Virus record (IMG/VR): IMGVR_UViG_3300024259_000010
Span: 62,001 to 126,000 of that record
Length of the DNA: 64,000 nucleotides
Strand: one strand, 5' to 3'
The position numbers and the translations under genes are program-made. Positions 49,162-58,157 of the stretch are shown piece after piece (within the stretch, counting starts at the first letter, position 1; the number at the start of each line of letters is the position of its first letter). The notes below the pieces were generated by a model. That model saw only the letters and a list, made by a program, of their open reading frames with translations, ran no database searches and was not told where the DNA came from.

Positions 49162-52100
49162 CTACCCGCGATTCCATATATTCTCAATAACAATATTGCT
49201 CAATATACTATCGGCGACTGGTTCAGGAGTATTTAAAACAAATGCCCATGAAACAGCTTCAACGTAGTTATCTGCGATAGGGATAATCATACCAGTATGG
49301 AAATTATCCATATTGTTAAATACAATTGATCCTACTACCTTAGATTTTTCAACACTATTCAATGTCCGTGCCGTATGATAAAATATTTTATCAACAGCCT
49401 TACCAGCATATACATATACATTATCACTGATAACACCTATTACTTTAATTGCAAAAGAAGATGCCAGATTATAGGAATCTGATCTTACACCAAATTCATG
49501 ATCTGTGATAATAAGTCTACCATTACCATCCCTCATACATAATTCATAACCATTGTTAATAAGTTCTCTATAACCATAAGTGTTACCACGTTCAATTGTA
49601 GCTGTTCCAATAGGGTCGTCCCAGTTAATACTAGAGATGTCAATGTTATCAGATCTATAACCAAGCTCACTATATGCAACACTGAGTCTATCACCTAATA
49701 GAGCAGATGATATATTAGTTACATTAGCACTTACATTATCACATAAATGTAATGGAGCATCTAATGTTGAAAATGATATAGCATCACATAGACAAGAGAT
49801 AATGGATAACTGATTGGTAATTGCATATAATCTAGTACCATCGTGTGCAAGTCTAGGTATTGTTAATAAGATATCATCTCTAACTACATTTACATTTGCA
49901 GTACCTTCTATTTCAAGTTCACCAACAGTGTCTTCCAAATCCATAGTATCATTAACAGTTGAATATACTTCAAGGGTTAACGAATCTTGATCAGTAGCAT
50001 GGTTATTATAACCTCGTGAAACTACAAAACTATCAGTTCCAGGAATTGTACAGAATGTAGTCCACGGTTGAGATGTTCCATCTATAGAGTGCAATATGTC
50101 TATAGTACCAGCATCATATGACACCAGGTATCGCCATGTATCAGTTGCTACAACAAACTTAAATGTATCATTATCAGTTTCGTAAACTATAGCTATATCT
50201 AGAACAGTAGTAGCACCAGTTTCGGGAGTGTAATCCATACCAGGTACTTTAAATCTATTAGAAGAAACATTATCTCCAGATATATTTACAATTGCTGCTA
50301 CATTGTTTGGTTCTGATAACAGATTAGCTTCAGTCCATGATATAAATTCAACAAATCCATCATCCTGCATTACTGCTGAGATTGTATCTGTAAATTTATA
50401 GAATCTAACAGCTTTAGATACAACACTGAGTTCCTTAGCTGCATTATGGAATGATGCTAAGTTGGTAGATATCTGTGTGGAGTACTCATGATCAACATAA
50501 CGCATAGGACTTGCTGTATTGGCACTATCAAATAATACAGATGTGGTTGTATTCAATTTACAGAATGCATCCAATCTAGATAAGATAGTTCCTTTTTCCA
50601 ATTTGTCCAATGTTAAGTTGAAATTATGAATAACACCAGATGGATATTCGATAAATCCTACATTATGTAGTTCGATAGCAGTAGTGCCAGAACTAACTAC
50701 AACTGTTTGTTTCCAAAGTAGTTCTGTATCAGTAACTTGGAAAAGTGTTACAACACCATTATCCTCAACTGCTACAAATCCTGGATTCAAAGCCTCATAG
50801 TCAATACTATTTAACAGTACCATAGAAGAGATAGCAGACGTTGGCGTATTAGATAATAATCGATTATCATCAATATAAGTAAACGTAGCTCCACCTTCCA
50901 GTAGTAACATAACTGTTTGAGAATTATCTGAAGCAACCAAATAGGTATTAACTCCAAGTGATACCACTTTCGATAATTCACCAATAGGTTTAGATGTTGT
51001 ATATGGATCTAAATCAGAAGTTGTGTCTGCTGCACCACTAAGGATATTCCATTTCGTTATATCATATGTTCCACTGATAATAACAATATTGTCTTCATCG
51101 ATTTTATCAAAATCAATTGCAACGGGACTACCTGCGGTTGCTAGATAATTTACTGTATTAAAAGCCGGTGGGTATAGAGTAAATACCCCAGTTGCATGAT
51201 CTATGTTGTAAGCGATTATATTACCGGAAACAAGAACTAAGCATACACCATTATCAGCAGTATGTCCAGTAGGTTCAAAATAAAGTATCTTTTCAATATC
51301 TGGACCAGTGCTAAGCTCGGTATCTAATAGGACAATATTACCATTAGCAACACTGTATGATTTTAGATCATTGCCAGATCCAGTAACATACATCGTATCA
51401 GTCACCCGTGTCATATCTTTAACAACATCTGTAGTAACTAAGGTGGCTTTATCTTTTACTTCATAGATGTTAGAATTATTAGCTTCGAGATCACGTGTCT
51501 TATTAGATACGATAAGGCTTAACCCAGTGTATCTAGAAAACTTTCCTTCAAGGATTGTATTCTCAACAGTAGGTGGAATTGTGACACCAGTAAGAGGATT
51601 GATATATGAATAATAACCTTCTTTGAACTCTCTATTATGCACAGCACATGCAGTTTTGATAGTCCCATTGTAACCACTAATAGTACTAGAGATACCATCA
51701 ATTGGATCGCATGATATTTTTCTAACCAATGTTACTTTAACATAAGGTGCTTCACCATTCTGGAAGGTCAAAGTAACATTACGTCTACCGAACAATGTAC
51801 TGTATGAACCACTATCGCAATCACCAACCACTGATTGTCCATCAATAGTAAGATCTGGAGCAATTTGACTATCATCAAGTGTGTTGGTCCAACCGATCTC
51901 AGTAAAAGTAATCGGTGCAGTTACAGGATCGAAGAACACACTTCTTGTATTAGTGATAGTGACCATTTCATTAGATGGGTCTAATGACTTCTTATTGAAG
52001 ATACCATCCCCACCAGTATCGTAATTACTTGAAACTAATTTAGGGTTTTCAAGTTTTTCAAAATACTCCTCCGCTATCCAACCATTACCATGAAACTCCG

Positions 52101-52494
52101 CAGTAGACCCTGTAGCATAAAATACATAACTACCACCACCACTAGCACCAGCGTTGTAACCAGTTAGTTGAATAGTCTGGTGATCTTCTGTTAACAATAC
52201 ATAGTTACCATCCTTTGTACCATCTGGAGGATTTCCAGAAGGAGTGTAGTTAGTAAGAGTTACAAATGCTTCACCTGCATTTTTAGAAATAGTTACTGGG
52301 TTAGGTGCAAGTGTTTCACCAGTACCCAACATAACGTAATTTGTCATGTTAGCAAACCAGTCTTCACGTATTTTCTCTAAGCCCGATTCTGTGATAAAGT
52401 TATGATCTTCTTCTGTTATCCAGGTGACTTTACCATTGACATGTTTGCCAACTTGAAAGATTACCCCAATGTCTCTTGAATTTTTAATATTCAT
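49162..52494 (-). CDS. Putative tail fibre / receptor-binding protein
   Basis: 1110 aa; N-terminal HNFITESGL...YVMLGTG...TEIG typical of baseplate-attachment domains; beta-propeller-like body; late motif at 52528-52536. Confidence 0.55.
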   Translation of the reverse strand: MNIKNSRDIGVIFQVGKHVNGKVTWITEEDHNFITESGLEKIREDWFANMTNYVMLGTGETLAPNPVTISKNAGEAFVTLTNYTPSGNPPDGTKDGNYVLLTEDHQTIQLTGYNAGASGGGSYVFYATGSTAEFHGNGWIAEEYFEKLENPKLVSSNYDTGGDGIFNKKSLDPSNEMVTITNTRSVFFDPVTAPITFTEIGWTNTLDDSQIAPDLTIDGQSVVGDCDSGSYSTLFGRRNVTLTFQNGEAPYVKVTLVRKISCDPIDGISSTISGYNGTIKTACAVHNREFKEGYYSYINPLTGVTIPPTVENTILEGKFSRYTGLSLIVSNKTRDLEANNSNIYEVKDKATLVTTDVVKDMTRVTDTMYVTGSGNDLKSYSVANGNIVLLDTELSTGPDIEKILYFEPTGHTADNGVCLVLVSGNIIAYNIDHATGVFTLYPPAFNTVNYLATAGSPVAIDFDKIDEDNIVIISGTYDITKWNILSGAADTTSDLDPYTTSKPIGELSKVVSLGVNTYLVASDNSQTVMLLLEGGATFTYIDDNRLLSNTPTSAISSMVLLNSIDYEALNPGFVAVEDNGVVTLFQVTDTELLWKQTVVVSSGTTAIELHNVGFIEYPSGVIHNFNLTLDKLEKGTILSRLDAFCKLNTTTSVLFDSANTASPMRYVDHEYSTQISTNLASFHNAAKELSVVSKAVRFYKFTDTISAVMQDDGFVEFISWTEANLLSEPNNVAAIVNISGDNVSSNRFKVPGMDYTPETGATTVLDIAIVYETDNDTFKFVVATDTWRYLVSYDAGTIDILHSIDGTSQPWTTFCTIPGTDSFVVSRGYNNHATDQDSLTLEVYSTVNDTMDLEDTVGELEIEGTANVNVVRDDILLTIPRLAHDGTRLYAITNQLSIISCLCDAISFSTLDAPLHLCDNVSANVTNISSALLGDRLSVAYSELGYRSDNIDISSINWDDPIGTATIERGNTYGYRELINNGYELCMRDGNGRLIITDHEFGVRSDSYNLASSFAIKVIGVISDNVYVYAGKAVDKIFYHTARTLNSVEKSKVVGSIVFNNMDNFHTGMIIPIADNYVEAVSWAFVLNTPEPVADSILSNIVIENIWNRG

Positions 52495-52570
52495 ATTAAA
52501 CTTCCTTTATTTAAAAAATTGTTTACACATAAAATGGGTAACTTATATTTTTTTATATTATATGTTAAAG

Positions 52571-52606
52571 CATACATAGAGTGGGTATATACCCACTCTA
52601 TGTATG
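52571..52606. terminator. 36-bp perfect palindrome (terminator of the rSAM gene)
   Basis: CATACATAGAGTGGGTAT|ATACCCACTCTATGTATG. Confidence 0.7.
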
Positions 52607-52617
52607 ATATTTTAGTT

Positions 52618-53982
52618 TTATTTATCTTTGTTCTTATAGCGTTCTGGTACAGGCTTATTTATAAGTTTGTACAAATGATCTCTATCTAAATCTGTCACTA
52701 ATCTCATAGCAGTTTTCATGCGTAATTTATTACCCACGCATTTCATTTCAACATTATCATCAACATCATTTGTTTCAGAATGAGTTTTATTATGTTGTGG
52801 ACATGTTCCAGCACATACACCTCGTATATCACAATCTAAACAATTTGGATTCCAACCACTTCCGGTTGTTAACCACGGTGCACGTAGTTTAGGATCGATA
52901 CCAGTTTCAGCATCACCGATTTTACAATCTGTTACACATTGACATGCATGTATTTCACCATTGAATCCAATAGTTATATAATTTCTACCAGCACCACATG
53001 CCATCATTTTAGGTCGTGGTGTTAAAAAATTCCTAAGGTAATTATTTGTTAAATCAGGCCACTTGATAGATTTATCTTTATGTGTTTTACTCAAGAACCA
53101 GTCTACAGCTATATCTAATTGTTGTTCTAAATTAGAAGACCACTCTTTAAGTTGTTCTGGTGTATACCCAGGGATAATTGCTTCTCTTAAGTGAAATGTG
53201 ACACCAAGACCATTCTTGAGAAGGTTATTAAAGAATATTAACTTATCGCGCATGATAAGTGGTCCACCTTGCCCATAGTCCCCAGTACAACTCCATTGTA
53301 TCCTTCTTATTAATCTAGGGTGTGTCTTTTTGAGTCTATACATCATATCAAAAAGTTTATCATATGATCCTTTGCCATTACCAAATATCCTAGTCCTATC
53401 ATGAATCTCTTTAGGACCATCACATGATACTTTAATAGATATACCATTATCATTGAACCAGTCAGCGATTATTTCATCGCCTTCCCAATCTTTAATATGT
53501 TTAGATATTTTATCCTCAAGCAATAACCCATTTGTTGTCACATGGAATTTAGTCTTATCATATGTAGATTTGATATACTGTTGGACTTCATATACCGTTT
53601 TAAAGTTTACAAGAGCCTCACCCCCCATATATGTAATGGAAATACTTTTATACTTATCTGCTGGCAATTGTTTATCAAAGAAATATTTAATTTCCTCAAA
53701 ATTCATATTATTAGTATTAATTGCATCGTTTTCTATAAGATTATCCATAGCATAGCAATACGTACATCTCATGTTACATAATTTAGTTGTAGTTATAGCA
53801 ACAGACATTGTCTCGTCACTAATTTTTGTAGGTTTTGTATAGTTTGGTATATCTCTAGTAGGCTTAGTATGAGTTACTATATTCTCTGCATTTTTTTGAT
53901 TAGCTGCAATCATATAACTGTGATTTAGATTGTTCATTACAATTTTTTTATCACTTCCCATGACATCATATATTTTCAACAT
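52618..53982 (-). CDS. Radical SAM/SPASM-domain maturase
   Basis: CNMRCTYC (CxxxCxxC), MGGEAL, TTNG, SCDGP..IHD..R, SPASM CGAG...GEIHAC...CLDCDIRGVCAGTC...C; AAGGAG RBS. Confidence 0.92.
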   Translation of the reverse strand: MLKIYDVMGSDKKIVMNNLNHSYMIAANQKNAENIVTHTKPTRDIPNYTKPTKISDETMSVAITTTKLCNMRCTYCYAMDNLIENDAINTNNMNFEEIKYFFDKQLPADKYKSISITYMGGEALVNFKTVYEVQQYIKSTYDKTKFHVTTNGLLLEDKISKHIKDWEGDEIIADWFNDNGISIKVSCDGPKEIHDRTRIFGNGKGSYDKLFDMMYRLKKTHPRLIRRIQWSCTGDYGQGGPLIMRDKLIFFNNLLKNGLGVTFHLREAIIPGYTPEQLKEWSSNLEQQLDIAVDWFLSKTHKDKSIKWPDLTNNYLRNFLTPRPKMMACGAGRNYITIGFNGEIHACQCVTDCKIGDAETGIDPKLRAPWLTTGSGWNPNCLDCDIRGVCAGTCPQHNKTHSETNDVDDNVEMKCVGNKLRMKTAMRLVTDLDRDHLYKLINKPVPERYKNKDK

Positions 53983-54021
53983 ATTAGTTTTTTACTCCTT
54001 ATTACTTATTATTAAAAATCC

Positions 54022-54041
54022 TGGGGGTATTACTACCCCCA
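54022..54041 (-). terminator. Short GC hairpin (weak terminator/attenuator) between Cys-rich gene and rSAM gene
   Basis: TGGGGGTA-ttac-TACCCCCA; T5 follows on the minus strand after 3 nt. Confidence 0.5.
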
Positions 54042-54050
54042 TTTATTTAG

Positions 54051-57000
54051 TTATTCTCCACCTGAACCCTGATTTTCGGAACCGTGACAACCACCAGTAC
54101 AAGTTTGATCCTCTGGATCACATTGTGCTTGATCCTCATTGTCATCACATGCAAGATCGGCACATCCTTGATCTTCACCTGGATCACATGTTGTCTCATT
54201 TTCAGATTGACAACCTTGTTCTTCCTCTGCCCCACTACAACCTTGTTCTTCAGCAGGATCGCAATCGAAGTCCATAGCCTCTTCGTCATCACATGTTGTA
54301 ACTTTGGTATCACCACAATCTACAGTCAGTCCTGCATCAGTACAAGTAACAGTTGGTGCATTTTCAGAGCAACCAGCTATTTCATCACACGTACAATCTA
54401 ACCCAATCTTTTCACCATTATTTCCACATCCACCACTAGGAATAGGTTCTTCACACAAATCATTACCCTCGTAGCAATCCCCAGGTCCTGCATTATATTC
54501 ATAACAAATTGGGCAACTGATTTCAACGTTCAAACATATTGGAGATGATATAGTATCATTAACACATAGAACATCTTCTAAAGTACATGTAACACCTGAT
54601 ACACAATCAACATCCATATAATCTTCACCTGCATCACATTGAACACCGTAAATAATCTGTAACGATTTTTCTAATGACCCTGAAGGTATATTGTACTCAT
54701 CACCACATAAAGAACCATCGATCTCCATATTGATATCTAACGTTGGTCTATTTACATAACCATCGGAACATAGATTACCTTCTACTACAGATGTAGTATT
54801 AAACAAATCATATTCCTTAACATTAGTGTTTATCAAACTAGCTTCCACAAGTTTTGTATATAATTCAGTTGAATCAGCAGTTCCCTTAATAAGGTTCCCA
54901 ACAATAATTTTTAATACAGATTGTACAGTACTTCCAGGTATTTCATATGTAATAGTTTCTTGGTAGTTAGCTGGTAATAAAGCTGCACTTACTAGCTTAG
55001 TATAAAGATCAAGTTGGTCTTTAGAACTACGTAAAATAGCACCTACAATAATATCGATAGATGATTCAGTAACGGATGGCGCTATGCTGTACCCATCTGT
55101 ACACATATTACCTTCTATTGAATATTCTAACTCAATTGCTTCTTTAACACTATAACTATCAGTACATAACTTACCATCTTCAAGAGCTGGTATTATATAC
55201 GTAGCATCTTCAGAAGTAGGACCATTTAAATGTGAACTAACAAGTTTCCAATATATCTCATTGGAACCAGTAATACTTTTAATAATATTACCCATTTCAA
55301 TTTTGTTAAATAATTTGGTCACACTAGCTAGATCATACTCTACCTGTCCATCAAGATTACTCTTATAGTGATGATATATAATAAACGGAGGAGGAGGAGG
55401 ATCTTCACGTGGTACTACAATAAAGGTAGGATCGTCATCTATTGGTACAATAGGATCAGCAGGTTCAGTTCCTAGAATAGGACCAATTTTAGGTGCAATG
55501 AATTTAATACTAGCATCCGAAGGTATAGCAAGTTCAAACTGTGCAGTATCATCGTAGATAATAGAACCAAGGATTTCATGATCCTTTACTAGTGAACTAG
55601 TATCAAAGAACGTGATATCATAAGTACACATCTGTACGAACAACTGTCGCATGAGCTTTTGTTCTTCTGCAGTTAGATCACCAAACTGTACATAGTCGGA
55701 TTCTTTGATTGGTAACATCTGTACTAGAATCTCTTCCATCAAATCACCAAAGGCAATCTTAGGATTGTCAGCAGCATTCAATGAATCAGTTAAGTTCCGC
55801 AAAGAATCATTTGTATCAAACCATTCTTCATATGTAGTGATAGAACCAAATGTGTCATACTCAATATCAACAATCCCTATTTCTAGTAACTGGTAATATA
55901 AATAATCAAATGACCTATTATATACTTTATCTGAATTGGTCCTGACCTTAATAAAGTCAGATAGCTTATCGCCATATGTTGTATCCATCCAAGAAACAAG
56001 CTCTTCTTTACTAGAGAAGTTATGACCCTGTTGTACAAGTGTACGAGTAGTCAAATCAGGTGATGGATTATTCTTAGCATCGATATTCGTTAGACGAATA
56101 ACTTCATCTGCATCTGGAGTAGCCCCATCTGGTAAACCTAAAAGATATCCCTGTAAGTTTGGTTGGAAGATATAATCAATATTAATAGTAGATACATCAT
56201 TACTTGCACCATGAATCTCCAATAGAAATTCTTTTGTGATTTCAGCAAGGTTTAACTTAAACGGTCTTCTGACTGAGAACTTAGTAGGTATTTTAGATGG
56301 ACCTGGATATGTAACGTATGCTCCAATAAAGTTATTAGCATTCTGATTTGTAATCAAAACGCGAGACTTATCGAAGATAACATCCTTATCAATAAAGTTA
56401 TCAATATTATCAGGTGTTAATAATACTGTAGGTGCTTCAGCACTATATAAACAATATTGGAACAATGCAAATGCTTCTTTTATAGTTAATGGTAAACCAC
56501 CAGAGACACGATCTGATCGAACATTAATAAGATTATCATAATCCACAGTACATGATGTATTCTGGTTAGATAACATATATGTGAATGACTCTAAAGCATA
56601 CTTGATATATTCAAGCCCGATCTGATAACTAACATTAGTTCTAACAAACTGTACAAGTTTAGTTGGAAGTGTTGAGTTCTCAATTCTTGATAATTTATAA
56701 TCTTGTTCATCTAATAGATCAGGTCCAATATCAGGTTCAATACCATCATTAACTTCCTGAGCATAAGTAGTTGCTAACGTTTGTTGCATTGCTTCGATAT
56801 TACCAATATTAATATAGTCTTTAGTAATATCTTTAGATAAAACTTGTGATGTAGGTACACATCGAGATTCCGAACCAGATGTTTCAATAGCAACATATTT
56901 AGATACGAGAGTGATGTTATAATCTTTAAGTAGATTATTAGCAAGGATCTCAAGAGTTTCAATAGTACCTTTATGATTAAGAAGATATCTAATATTCTTA

Positions 57001-58037
57001 TACATAAACATCTGTTGTTTATCGTTCAATACATCGCGGTAATCACCAATACCTTTAGATTTCAGATATGCCCAAATAAGATCAGTGTGAACTGATGCTG
57101 TATGCATATTATCAATACGCTGTTGTAATACTACATTTGGTAACAATGTCCACAAGATGGTCCAATAAATAATATGACCATACTTTTCAAACTCCATGTA
57201 TTCAGGTACATTCCATCTTTCATTGAATACGATTAAGAATGATTGTAGTGCTTGTACAATAGAACCAAGTTCACTGTACTCTAAGAACTGAGGCTGTAGT
57301 TCAGTACCCTTTGCTGAATAACCAATTAATTCAAAATCATTAACTTGTATTAGATTGTTTTCCATATCAAAACAAATCTTACTATTGTTATATGCTTTAG
57401 TGTATTCATCAAACTTGTCTATATTAGAAATGTAAGTTTCCCATGCAGGAAGATTAGTCTGCTTAAGAATCAGCTCTTCATCTGCATCCAATACATCCAT
57501 ATGGATATGTTCTAATATTGTAACTGGGTAGAAAATATTCTTAATCAAATCTGCTTGATCAGGATAACGTTCGAGTAGATCAGTAAAACCATCTCTGTTG
57601 TAATAATAGAAATAACTAGTCTTACGCAATCTAGAGTCATTTAAAGTACTCTTAGTAAGGGGTATAGTACCATTTAGTCTGTGGGTTTCACCGGCTTCAA
57701 CACTACCACCTAGATCAGTATAATCATCAATAGTGAGCAAGTCTTGCACACGCATTACCATAGGTGTGTTGTTCAATCCAGCTGGATCTTCAGCATGGTT
57801 ATATGAAGCAAGTTCTGGATATAACAAATCACCATCTACTGTAAGATTGGCAATATCCGCAGTATTAAAAAATTCACCCTGTAAATTAATAACATAGGGA
57901 TTATGAGCATCTTTAATCTCATCTATTGTCAATGCTTCTAATTTATTTTTATAGTACTGTTTCATATACGGATTGTATACAGAAATAGTCTGCAGAAATC
58001 CATAAATTTCTTGAATAAAGATAGACATATTGTTCAT
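54051..58037 (-). CDS. Large virion baseplate-type protein (phiKZ gp128-like) with repeat region and Cys/acidic C-terminal tail
   Basis: 1328 aa; divergent from portal; HTDLIWAYLKSKG and FMYKNIRYLLNHKGT are baseplate-wedge-like; Pro linker, repeats, then 25 Cys in the last 195 aa. Confidence 0.7.
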   Translation of the reverse strand: MNNMSIFIQEIYGFLQTISVYNPYMKQYYKNKLEALTIDEIKDAHNPYVINLQGEFFNTADIANLTVDGDLLYPELASYNHAEDPAGLNNTPMVMRVQDLLTIDDYTDLGGSVEAGETHRLNGTIPLTKSTLNDSRLRKTSYFYYYNRDGFTDLLERYPDQADLIKNIFYPVTILEHIHMDVLDADEELILKQTNLPAWETYISNIDKFDEYTKAYNNSKICFDMENNLIQVNDFELIGYSAKGTELQPQFLEYSELGSIVQALQSFLIVFNERWNVPEYMEFEKYGHIIYWTILWTLLPNVVLQQRIDNMHTASVHTDLIWAYLKSKGIGDYRDVLNDKQQMFMYKNIRYLLNHKGTIETLEILANNLLKDYNITLVSKYVAIETSGSESRCVPTSQVLSKDITKDYINIGNIEAMQQTLATTYAQEVNDGIEPDIGPDLLDEQDYKLSRIENSTLPTKLVQFVRTNVSYQIGLEYIKYALESFTYMLSNQNTSCTVDYDNLINVRSDRVSGGLPLTIKEAFALFQYCLYSAEAPTVLLTPDNIDNFIDKDVIFDKSRVLITNQNANNFIGAYVTYPGPSKIPTKFSVRRPFKLNLAEITKEFLLEIHGASNDVSTINIDYIFQPNLQGYLLGLPDGATPDADEVIRLTNIDAKNNPSPDLTTRTLVQQGHNFSSKEELVSWMDTTYGDKLSDFIKVRTNSDKVYNRSFDYLYYQLLEIGIVDIEYDTFGSITTYEEWFDTNDSLRNLTDSLNAADNPKIAFGDLMEEILVQMLPIKESDYVQFGDLTAEEQKLMRQLFVQMCTYDITFFDTSSLVKDHEILGSIIYDDTAQFELAIPSDASIKFIAPKIGPILGTEPADPIVPIDDDPTFIVVPREDPPPPPFIIYHHYKSNLDGQVEYDLASVTKLFNKIEMGNIIKSITGSNEIYWKLVSSHLNGPTSEDATYIIPALEDGKLCTDSYSVKEAIELEYSIEGNMCTDGYSIAPSVTESSIDIIVGAILRSSKDQLDLYTKLVSAALLPANYQETITYEIPGSTVQSVLKIIVGNLIKGTADSTELYTKLVEASLINTNVKEYDLFNTTSVVEGNLCSDGYVNRPTLDINMEIDGSLCGDEYNIPSGSLEKSLQIIYGVQCDAGEDYMDVDCVSGVTCTLEDVLCVNDTISSPICLNVEISCPICYEYNAGPGDCYEGNDLCEEPIPSGGCGNNGEKIGLDCTCDEIAGCSENAPTVTCTDAGLTVDCGDTKVTTCDDEEAMDFDCDPAEEQGCSGAEEEQGCQSENETTCDPGEDQGCADLACDDNEDQAQCDPEDQTCTGGCHGSENQGSGGE

Positions 58038-58115
58038 AATTAAAACCTTTCATTGTTAGTATTTTAATTCATATAATAGGTTACGATAATTAATTATTGA
58101 TTTAATAAAGTCACT

Positions 58116-58124
58116 CATGATATG
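58116..58124 (+). promoter_or_regulatory. Late-type promoter motif CATGATATG
   Basis: CATnnTATG ~34 nt upstream of the portal start. Confidence 0.45.
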
Positions 58125-58157
58125 AATGAATTTTAAAATCTTATAAGGAGTAGTTAC

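Noticed and set aside
52618-53982. rSAM as anaerobic sulfatase maturase, PqqE, or nucleotide-modification enzyme (QueE/NrdG)
   Set aside because: No sulfatase, pqq or que/nrd genes in the window, and a full SPASM domain does not fit QueE/NrdG. A substrate encoded elsewhere cannot be excluded.
54047-54316. 89-aa alternate-frame ORF just upstream of the rSAM, considered as a separate precursor peptide
   Set aside because: It has no Cys or RBS and is an off-frame shadow of the Cys-rich tail. An in-frame internal start in the tail cannot be excluded, but I saw no convincing RBS.
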